From the NCBI RefSeq assembly GCF_018350175.1, contig NC_058383.1, positions 23,190,001 through 23,254,000 on the forward strand: 64,000 bases of DNA. Direction: 5' to 3'. The position numbers were made by a program, and so were the translations under genes. This DNA is from Felis catus (lineage: Eukaryota). Below the pieces are notes generated by a model, which was given only the letters and a program-made list of their open reading frames with translations, had not been told where the DNA came from and ran no database searches. Positions 25,506 to 35,534 of this stretch are shown here, piece after piece; the first letter of the stretch is position 1, and each line of letters starts with the position of its first letter.

Positions 25506-26430
25506 GGCTATACCCTTATTTCTTCCTACCTTTATTTAACACAGTCTCAAACTCACTATACCTGATCTTGAAATTCATCTGACTCTCTCTGATTTCATGT
25601 TCCTCCATGCCTGCTCCGGACCCATGAATAACTTGCAATAGCGTCACGGTCATGAGCATCCTCCTCCTCGTCCACTTCCTTGTACTCTGTGTTCTCCCAT
25701 CGCTAGCAATGTGTCCTTCCAACCTCTCATTCTCTCCCATTCTGTCCTGGGGATGACAAACAGCAGCAAAGGAAACCAGTGACCCTGACAACTGGATCCT
25801 TGATATGCTTATGAATTCTAGCTTCAGTTGAACTCTCAAACACTGCTTATTTTTTATATTTACCTCTCAAGTTCGTCAAAGTGCTCTACCTTCTCACCAT
25901 GAGCTCCCAACTCGACCCCTGTTCCTCCGCATCAACACACAGCTAGTCTCCACCACTTACACATCAGCTCCTTCAACCTTCCTCTCGTCCACCTTCAGAC
26001 TGTTACCTGCACCCATCCTGCGCCCCTCCCGCTGGTCTTGGAGGACAAGGTGGCCTCCCCTGTCCACCTGTGCTCCTAGATCCTTGCCCCTGGTGCTTTC
26101 CCCGCAAACCTGCACATTACCCCCCGGAACCTTCAAATTCACCGGGTACCTGACGGGCTGACACGACTGGTATCTCGTTTCCAGGCTCAAGGTCCATAAC
26201 GGACCCTTGTGAGTTGGAAGTTTGAGATTTATCAACAGGGAGTAGGCCATTCGTTTTTAACAATAGGATATCGTCATTAGCAAACAATCACAAGTACACA
26301 TGACTAGAATTCTTTGGCTGGGTTTTCTTAGAAACGTGGCTGTATTATATTATGACCTGACCCACACTGTAAATAGGTGTTGGCCTTAAGGACAAAAGCA
26401 GATGACATTATATAGATGTGACTGCATTTA

Positions 26431-26642
26431 TTTGTAAAACTTTTGAAAAATATTTATTTTTGAGAGAGAGAGAGAGAGAGCGTAAGGGGAAGAGGGCAGA
26501 TAGGGAGACACAGAATCTGAAGCAGGCTCCAGACTCTGAGCTGACAGCACAGGGCCTGACGTGGGGATTGAACTCATGAACTGAGAGATCATGACCTGAG
26601 CCGAAGTCGGACGCTTAACTGACTGAGCCACCCAGGTGCCCC
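26431..26642 (-). mobile_element. Can-SINE
   Basis: Full body; degenerate TSD ending tgcattta. Confidence 0.95.
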
Positions 26643-26674
26643 GTGATGGTGCATTTAAAGTTAAGGACTTTCCA

Positions 26675-26853
26675 GGGGCACCTGGGTGGCTCAGTCAGTT
26701 AAATGTCTGACTTCGGGCTCACGGTTCGTGAGTTCAAGCCCCGCATCAGGCTCTGTGCTGTCAGCTCAGAGTGTGGCGCCTGCTTCAGATTCTGTGTCTC
26801 CCTCTTTCTCTGACCCTCCCCTGCTCTCACTCTCTCTCTCTCAAAAATAAATA
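26675..26853 (+). mobile_element. Can-SINE with an internal deletion
   Basis: Perfect TSD ttaaggactttcca at 26661-26674 and 26854-26867; lacks the ggtcatgatctca segment seen in sibling copies. Confidence 0.95.
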
Positions 26854-27589
26854 TTAAGGACTTTCCAAACCCTATGGGGGTTATTGATACAAAGGTTTTC
26901 TGCAACACCAAAAAGTTGACCTGACAAGCTACTAAACAGATTTCTGTGCATTACCCTTTAAGACACTAAAGGATACCCGAGAGAGGAAGCGCAGGTACGG
27001 CATTTCCCAAGCTTATCTAAGGATACTTTTGCCAGGAACACCAGCGAATGTCTCTCTCTGTTACCAGTTTGGGAAATTCTGCCCAATTCCAGTGATCTCC
27101 GGAGAACCACATCATTCCCCCAGCTGTCCCCCAAACAGAAGCTCCACCTTGCCAATTCCTCACTGGCATATCGGCTGCAAAACCGAGTTACAAATACTAA
27201 GGAGGCACTCACACCAGACTGTAAACGGGATCGCGCAGCCCTGATCACACCACGAGTCGCACGGCTCCTGTGCCCTGCCACTTTCTCCACCCCTTACCTG
27301 TTTCTCCTGGGGTCGCTAGCGTCGAGTGCGGGGGGCCTGTGCGAGCACAATGTGCAAGAGACTCTACATGCCTCATTGCTCTTTGCACAGGCAGGTGTTG
27401 GGGGGCATCAGACTTTTCCTAGAGGCTCATGTTTCCTCCTCATGTCATTGTGTAAATTCTGCTTACCTGTTTCCGGCCGCTAAAAACAGCTGGACTTTTC
27501 TCTCTCAGCTTCGGCCTCCTTTCTTTACACTGTAGCTCTGCAAAAGTGACGGGAAGAACTAACACTCACAGTCTGGACTCACTCACCTC

Positions 27590-27760
27590 CCATCTGTTAT
27601 TTTAACCTGCTCAGCGGCAATTTTCCTACATCTGGCAACAGCCCCCAGATTTCTCTTGGAGGAACTACCCCTCCTGCTTTGGATTAAAATCTTGGCAGGC
27701 CCTGGGGTGGGTGCGTGACTGGAGTTAAGACGATCAGTGCCAGTTGGGTCATGAAGACTA
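27590..27760 (+). mobile_element. ERVL LTR fragment (LTR33/LTR16-like)
   Basis: ctgctcagc...tctggcaacagcccccagatttctcttggaggaactacccctcc. Confidence 0.4.
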
Positions 27761-28229
27761 AACACGTATCTTTCGGACTGGAAACCGTTGGGCTGAATCC
27801 TCCAACCAGGCACGGGAGCCTGGAAGCCTCCTCACCGGCCTCTGCTTCCAAGTCCCTGTGGCCGTCTTCACGCTCACCCCGTCCGAGACCCGGTTCTTCC
27901 GTGCCCTGTGAGTCCGTACATGTCCTTCCGATAAAGGATTACTAGTTGAAGTCAGTGAGAGTTGGTTTCTGGTGCTGGCGCCCCGAGAATGCAAATCTTA
28001 TCTTTTACAACCCGGCTTCCTCTCTGTGGAGGCCACGCTCCCCTAAACTCCATGAGGGCAGGGAGCCATTCTGGATCTTCCCAAGGGTCTAACTCGCACT
28101 CCCTCCACTCCCCGCGATCTCCCAGGCCGACCTCACTCCTCCCCCGGCCTTTAACCACCACTGAGGAGCTGCTGACTCACAGGTCTGTAACTGCCGATCC
28201 AAATTGCCCATGCTCCAGACTGGGACGCC

Positions 28230-29035
28230 CAACCCTCTGCAGACTGGACACCTCACCTCAACAACGAACTCCCCATTTTCCTCCCCAAACTCACTTCTCT
28301 CTTTTGCCTGTCCTTGCAGATGATGTCGCCGTGAATCCACTCACAAAGCAGAAAACCTTCACAGTCATTCTTGACTCCTTCTCGCATCTAATGTTCTTCG
28401 TTCCAGAAAGTTTTCAAGTAGGCCCTGCCTCTCCCAGCCCGCTCACACAGCCTCAGGCTCTTGTCATATATTTCTGCCTGACCTCCAGGCTTCCACTCTC
28501 TCTTCCCTTTCAGTCTCTTCTGCATCTTGTGTCCACCAGGGAAATCTCTCTAAAGCAAATCCAATCTTATCAATGACCAACTCTTCTTTTGAATAAAGCC
28601 CGTATTCCTTGACTTGGTACTTAAGGCCACTGCCTTGCCTTTCTAGAATTAATCTCTTGCCACGTCCTGGCAACCCAATGCTCATGTCATGCTGAATACA
28701 AGATCCACTCCCCAGAGCAAGCCATGTGCTTTTGCAACTTGCTGAGTTTTTTGTTTTTAAGACTCTGGATCATCTTTCTTTGTCTCTCTCACTCTAGTGA
28801 ACACTGACTCATCTCTCCAAGTCCGAACCAAAAGTCACACCCTCTGTGAACCCTTTCTTGTAATTTCATGACATTTGGTGCACCCAACTGCCAGCACCCT
28901 CGTCCCATTGTGCAGAACTTAGCAGATATGCATTCACTTATATCACCACATTGTCAGCAACTTGGGCATGTTTCTCATTTGTTTTTGCCTTCCTAGCACA
29001 ATACCCAGCAAACCACAGGTGCTCAGTAAATGGGT
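28230..29035 (+). mobile_element. L2 LINE fragment
   Basis: agtcattcttgactcctt, cctagcacaatacccagcaaaccacaggtgctcagtaaat. Confidence 0.65.
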
Positions 29036-29469
29036 CAAAGATCCAGTGTCAAAGGCAAGTGCCTACTGAGAGGTCGTCTTGAGTCCTCACAAGTTACCAG
29101 TGTTAGTTCAGGAAGCACAGCCTTTTCTGGGCATTCTGGCCTTGGGCAGAGGACGGTTTCAGTAGACAGTCCTGGGGAGGGGGGATCACGGTGCCATTTT
29201 CAAGATTTTATCAAGGCCACAGGCACTCAGGCACAGAGACTGGGGGAGGTCCAGGCTCTGCTTCAACCTAACCTCCATATCTAAGAAGGTGAAATGAGAT
29301 GTAAGAAGGAACACATCTTGTGCCCTTTCTGGTTTGCTACCTACACCCCGTCCTTCGCCCCGGACTCCCACGGTGATGGGTGAGAACCCGGCTGTGGTCA
29401 GTCTGCAGTGAGGCTACGGGCATGGGGGGTAAAGTCATGGTGCCCACTGGGACCTCCTGCAGGGTTTTT

Positions 29470-29750
29470 GGAGATATTTAAATGGCCAGACCCCACACCA
29501 GACTATTTAAATCAGAAACTCTGGAAGTGGCCCTGGACTCCTGCAATTTGAAAGCCCTCCAGATGATCCCAGTGGCTCACCAGGGCCAAGAACCACTGTT
29601 GCTTTAGCCACTTAGCCTTGAATACAGTTGTTCATGAGTATTAACTGGGGTGCACATTACAGAAAAAAAGTCCCAGGCCCCTCCCCTGTACATTCTGATT
29701 CAGTGGGTTCCCCATGATTCTTACCATCAGAAAAGCTTGGGAAGCGCAGC
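29470..29750. mobile_element. Two adjacent MER5-like fragments
   Basis: aatcagaaactctggaagtggccc...aagaaccactg and cccaggcccctccc...ttctgattcagtggg. Confidence 0.55.
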
Positions 29751-31861
29751 CTTATTAAAATGGGCTCCCACAAGTAATGTGATTATGTTCATTACTCTCT
29801 AATATATGTTTACTTGTATGTTTAGGCCTCTGCCCATCCCCACCCCTAACCACTATTCTCTTGTAAGTTCTAAGAGAATCGGGTTGATGTCGGTCTTGTT
29901 CCCTACTCTCAGCACCAAGAAGACTGGCAGGTGGTAGGGGGTACAGAAAAACAGAAAGTCAGGGCTTTAATGCGGGAAGAGTGAGGAAGAAGCCATTTGT
30001 AAGTGCCACTGGAGACGTGGGCCTCTTCCCCATGCAGACAAAGTCTGTACTCTTACCTACTTCCTCAGGGAAAATCACAGACTTCCTGAGGACCCCACCA
30101 AAGAAAAAGAAAAAAACATCTAACTCTCTTGGCAGCTTGAGGCTGGAGAGGGTTTTTTTTTGTTTTGTTTTTTTTACACCTACCCCGTGGGGCAGAGACC
30201 ACTCCCTGGGCCCCCACTGTCCACACAAGAGACATCCTATGCGTGTCCGCACACGGGAGCCTCAGCAGGGCCTCCCTGGGAACTTGGAGTATGAGCACAC
30301 CTCTGATCATTACCGAGAGGATTCTCTGGAAGATTTCATTTTCTACTAAATCTATGCACTCCATGTATGTGTTCTGGAAGCCTGGCTGCCTGGGGGACTT
30401 GGGTGATTTATTAGCTCCTAACTGGGCAACAGGCTCCTTGAAAATCATTGCAGTCTCCAGGGGGATAATTAAGAGTGGAAGAGGAGGAAAAAGGCTTTAT
30501 TGCAGGAAACCGGTTCTTAAAACAAAACCTGCCAACCCCCCCGTGTGCTGAGCCCAGCGCAGGCACAGCACCTGTGGCCGTTTCTCCTCATCTGGTTGAG
30601 AAGAGAAATGACCACTTCCTTCCAGGTCCATGGCCCCGAATCCTCACACTTAGGTGACCCTGGAGCAAAACATGAAGTCCCAGCTTGAACTCCATCAACC
30701 ATTCTTCACTGCTCACAGGATAAAGGCCTTGACAGGATTTATGTGGCTCTTCTTAATCTGGCCCATGGCTACCTGGGCGGCCAGCGTGGTCTATTCAAGG
30801 CTCTCCCCACAAGACTCTATTTCGTGCTAAGGGACCTTTTACACATCGTATCCTTTGGGCGACGTCCCCTGCAGCCTGTTGGGCGAAACTTCAGCTCTCA
30901 ACTCATCACCTCCACCAGGGAGCCTTCCAGGCCCCCCTTCTTTTCCCCTTCCTGGAAGACTTAGGCATTTGCTACACTTGTGATTTTGTGGTGTATCCAC
31001 TACGGATACATGATCTGTGTCTATCAGAGCCCTAGAGTGTAAGGTCATGGAAGGCAGGCATCATGACTGTCACGTCTCTACATCGACAATGCTTATCCTA
31101 CATCTGGTATACACTCATGTATTCAAGCATTATTAGGCACCTACTGTATGCAAGAGATACAAAGATAAGCAAGCCTCTATCCTCTGGGAGTTAACACAGC
31201 CTTGTGGAAACAGGGGTGGGGGGAGGGTCCTCATTTCCCAGTGGGAGGGCTCCCTACCTGAACTTGGCTCCCTACTAGAGCTGTGGGGGAGGGGGCGCAG
31301 GGAGGAGGGTTTCTTTTCTCTGGCAAGAGGGCCTATGCCCGAACCCACTTTTTCCTATAGGCCATCAAGGTGCTGGGCAGTGGGCTTTCCCAGATAACTC
31401 CTGGGAGCAGCTGGCATCTCCTGTAAACAGCAGCCTGCCTGGTGTCCCAGTAGTGTGATTACCCCCCAACTGGCAGGGCTGTTCCCCCATAAGAAGAGAA
31501 GTTGATGGAGGTGTGGGGGCAAAATCCCTTCCCTGGAGCATAAACCCAGTCTAGCCAGGCCCCGGCACATCTCTCAGTGTGACGGTCAGAAAACAGTAAC
31601 CCCACACTTGCCTCTTCTATTGAGACCCTTGGTGTGCAAGTTTCCCCAGTAAAGCCTATTCTTTCTTCCACACCTCGTGCATTGGGGAATTTGTCCCGGG
31701 TCCTGCCATGTGACAGACCAGAAAAGGACTCTCCTTATGTGATACACAGAGATGTTCACGGGGCAGTGGGCTACTCTAGGGGCTGGTTGTGACTATGGGA
31801 TTTGGAGTCAAAGAGCCCTGAGTTTGAGTCCTGTCCCTTGCTACCCACAGAAACGGGGGTA

Positions 31862-32325
31862 CAGCTTATTTCTCCGAGCATATAATGTGCTCCAGGCTCA
31901 TCCACGCTGTGACAAGCGGCAGGGTTTCTTTCCTTTTATATGGTTGAGGGGAATAAGTCTGACACGGAAAGACAAATACCATATGATTCCCTATGTAGAA
32001 CTTAGAGAACCAGAGAGTAGAACGGTGGATGCCAGGGGAGGAGGGAGGGTGCAAGGGGGAGACGTTAGTGAAAGGGTACACACTTGCAGTTAGAAGACGA
32101 ATTAAGTCCCGGGGATCTAATTACAGCATGGTGACTCCAGTTAACAATACTCTATTGTACACTTGAAATTTGCCAAGAGAGTAGATCTTAAGTCTCAGTG
32201 CACAGACACACACATGCGTGCACACGCTGGGCAACTACATGAGGTGATGGATATGTTAATTAACTTGATTGTGGTAATCATTTCACAACGTACACATGTA
32301 TGAAATCCTCACATTCTGTATCTTT
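31862..32325 (+). mobile_element. L1MA-type 3' end with an inverted 5' segment (31862-31948)
   Basis: See finding; forward part gaaagacaaataccatatgattc...gatctaattacagcatggtgact...gagagtagatcttaa. Confidence 0.8.
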
Positions 32326-32345
32326 TTAAAAAAATAAGGCAACAA

Positions 32346-32547
32346 GGGGCACTGGGTGGCTCAGTAAGTCAAGCCTCTGACTTTGGCTCAGGTCATGATC
32401 TCACAGTTCGTGAGTTCGAGACCCACAATGGGCTCTGTGCTGACAGCTCGGAGCTTGGAGTCTGCTTCAGATTCTGTGTCTCCCTCTCTCTCTGCCCCTT
32501 CCCCACTCACACTCTTTCTCTTAAAAATAAACATTAAAATACAAAAG
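32346..32547 (+). mobile_element. Can-SINE
   Basis: TSD aaggcaaca at 32336-32344 and 32548-32556. Confidence 0.95.
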
Positions 32548-32569
32548 AAGGCAACACACATTGGCTGTC

Positions 32570-32935
32570 CATATGGTCTGCTTATGGCTTTTTCCTTCAG
32601 ATTCACATGTTGAAGCCCTAACCCCAGCCCCCAATGTGATGGTCTCTGGAAGTGGGGCCTGTGGGAGGTAAGGAGGTCATGAGAGTGGAGTTCTCACAAA
32701 TGGGCTTAGTGCTGTTATGAGGAGAGAAACAAGAAAGAGGATCTCTTCCCACTCCCATAATATGTAAGGATCCAGCAAGAAAACCAGAAAGAGAACTCTC
32801 ACCAGGAACCAAATTGGCCGGCATTCTGATCTTGGACTTCTAGCCTCCATAATGGAGAGAAGCAAACAAATGCCTGTTGCCGAAGCCCCCCTACCCCTCC
32901 ACGGTAGTGTTGTCACAGCAGCCCAAGCTGACAGA
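32570..32935 (+). mobile_element. MaLR LTR (MLT1A-like)
   Basis: attcacatgttgaagccctaacccc...gatcttggacttctagcctcc...cagcagcccaagctgacagagac. Confidence 0.8.
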
Positions 32936-33567
32936 GACGCGGTCATTGACGCCCTGGACATAAGCTAGCGCCTGCTGCACAGTGGCCGGGGGGCCCAAGC
33001 GGTTCTCGGCTCTACGGGAAAACTGCCTCCCTCCGTCTATACGTGAACTCCAAGAGGCCGCCACCCTCACTATTCCTGCTTGCGGGCAGAGGAAACTGGG
33101 GCACCGAGAACCAACGTCATCGCCAAAGCAACAGCAAGTTGCAGAATCTGGATTCAAGTGTGACTCTAACACTAGAAGAAAACGTGAGAACATAAAATTA
33201 ATCTTGGCACAAGGACAGCCTTTCTAAGCATGAGACAAAAATCATGAAGCAAGAAGCTGAGAAGTTAGACCTCGTGAAAAATGCAAGTCTCCGGGATGGG
33301 GGGAAAAACCCACCACAAATAAAATAGAAGGACAAGGACCCCCTGGAAAAATATTTGCAGCATGCGAGACAGGGAAACGATGGGATGACTTCATCTATAT
33401 TGTTTCAAAGTTCTGGCAAATCAATCAGAAGAGGAGAACCAGCCGGTGGAAGAAAGGCCCACAGGTCACAAGAAGAGTTAATAGTAAAAGAGCTCGAATT
33501 AAAGTAAATACATGAAAAGATACTCTCCATCTCTCGCAATGTTAAATGCAAATTAAAACCATGACGA

Positions 33568-33786
33568 GGGGTACCTGGGTAGCTCAGTCGGTTGAGCCTC
33601 CGACTTTGGCTCAGGTCATGATCTCAAGGCTGGTGGGTTCAAGCCCTGCATCAGGCTCTGTGCTGACAGCTCAGAGCCTGGAGCCTGCTTCTGATTCTGT
33701 GTCTCCCTGTCTCTCTGCCCCTCCCCCCCCCCCCCACGCTAGGTTTCTCTCTCTCTCTCAAAAATAAACATTAAAAATTTTTCAAA
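33568..33786 (+). mobile_element. Can-SINE
   Basis: TSD aaaaccatga(c/t)ga at 33555-33567 and 33787-33799. Confidence 0.95.
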
Positions 33787-33968
33787 AAAACCATGATGAG
33801 ATATTACTCACTTTTAACACTGCAAAAATGTATTTTTAAAAAATGATAACAGTTACTGCTGGCAACGTGTTGAACTAACAAGTACTCTCCAATATCCGTA
33901 GGAGTGTTGATGGGTGTGGTCTTCAGGAGGGCAAGTAGAGATTGCCTTGCCAAATGCAAAACTCACCC

Positions 33969-34146
33969 TTTATTTTATTTTTTTAGGCTTATTTGAGAGA
34001 GCGAGCGTGCACGCACACGAGCAGGGTAGAGGGAGAGAGAATCCCAAGCAGGTTCCGAGCTGTCAACGCAGAGCCTGATGCAGCACTCGAACCCTGAGCC
34101 GAAATCAAGAGTCGGATGATTAACAGACTGAGCCACCCAGGTGCCC
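33969..34146 (-). mobile_element. Can-SINE (internally deleted)
   Basis: gagagaatcccaagcagg...gccgaaatcaagagtcggat...gagccacccaggtgccc. Confidence 0.9.
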
Positions 34147-35064
34147 TAAAATGCACCCTCCAATCCAGCAATTCCACTTCTGGAAATTTTCTTTACAGGC
34201 AGGTGAAGGCCTGTGTGCATGGATGTTTGCTGCAGCATCTGGGGCAGAGATGGGGAGACCTGACCAAAGACCCCTGCTCCTCCCCCCAGAGCAGAGCTGT
34301 TTCTAGAGGGCAGCTGCCCAGCCAAGGACCACATTTCCCAGCACCCAATGCATCTGCGAGGGGCGCTGCACCTGGTTCCTGCCGCAGACAGTGAGTAGAA
34401 ACGCAGTGTGCGACCTTTAGCCAGGCTCTGTGCTGTGCTCACAAGGTAGATGCATCCCTCTCACTGTCCCTTCTGTCCACTAGCTGAGTGCAGTGAACTC
34501 CTGAGGTCCCAGAAGAGGGATGGACTGTAGTGCAGAATGGGACCTTATTTCCACCTTTCCCTTTCTGCTGCTCAGTGGGTTTTTCTTTGCCATAACCATG
34601 TGTTCTTTGTAGTTAAAAAAAAAACCCAAAACAACCAGCTAATTAAAAATGACGTTAAAAAGTCTCCATTGATACCATTTAGGAAGAAGATGGCCTGGAT
34701 GGTAGCGGTTTTGTGCGGCAGGCAGGGGGAAAGGAAGCATGTTTGGAGGAGCCGAGGTGTGGGTGGGAAGCAAGGCTGTGGGAGGCCCAGAATGTTCAGC
34801 TCCGCTCTCAAGAGGGAGGAAGTGTGGCCTGGGTGTTGGATGAATGGTTTTTGCTGCTGCGTGTATAGCTCGGTAAGTTTCCAGGCAACTGGACCTCAAT
34901 TTCTCAGGGACCATGTGTGGCCAGCCTGGCCTGACCTTGGGGACACTATCAGGGCGCCTTCTGGGGGTAACTCCAGATCCCCACCTTCTTTCTCAGTCTG
35001 GGCTTGGCTCCTTCCCTACACTTAAGCCCACCTTCCCTTCTCCTTGGGGGTGGGTCCCTTCAAT

Positions 35065-35235
35065 CAGTGCTTTTCATACTTTGATGTGCATCCTTTGAGC
35101 CACCCGGAGGTCTTGCTGGAATGCACGTTCCGATCGGGGAAGGCTAGGGAGGGGGCCTGAGATTCTGCATTGCTGACCAGCTCTGCACTCAGGCTGACCT
35201 GCTGGTCCGTGGACCACAGTGTGGGTAGCAAGGTC
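35065..35235. mobile_element. MER5A-like element
   Basis: ggggcctgagattctgcattgctgaccagctc...gctggtccgtggaccacagtgtgggtagcaagg. Confidence 0.8.
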
Positions 35236-35330
35236 TTACAGGAGTCGTGGTGACACTGGCACAGAGGGCATCTCAGTGAACCTGCAATCAGTGGCATCAG
35301 CTAATTCTTTTTCTATTGATTTAGTTCTTT

Positions 35331-35534
35331 AATTTAAAAATTAAAAAAAATATATTTAATTTTGAGAAACAGAATGAGAGAGCAGTGAGGGGTGGAGAGA
35401 GAGGGGGACAGAGGATCTGAAGCAGCTCCACAGGGACAGCACAGAGCCCGACGCGGGGCTCGAACTTACAAAACACAAGATCACCACCTGAGCCGAAGGC
35501 AGACGCTTAACCGACCGAGCCACCCAGGCGCCCC
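35331..35534 (-). mobile_element. Can-SINE next to an L1 3' fragment (to about 35830)
   Basis: TSD ctatt(g/t)atttagtt; L1-like ttgagatataaccggcatgtaacattgtatcagcttcaag follows. Confidence 0.9.

Larger units (their letters stand above)
33190..34240 (+). mobile_element. Old L1 (L1ME-type) ORF2 3' fragment hosting two SINEs
   Basis: aaatgcaaattaaaaccatga, ccagcaattccacttctggaaattt. Confidence 0.6.
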
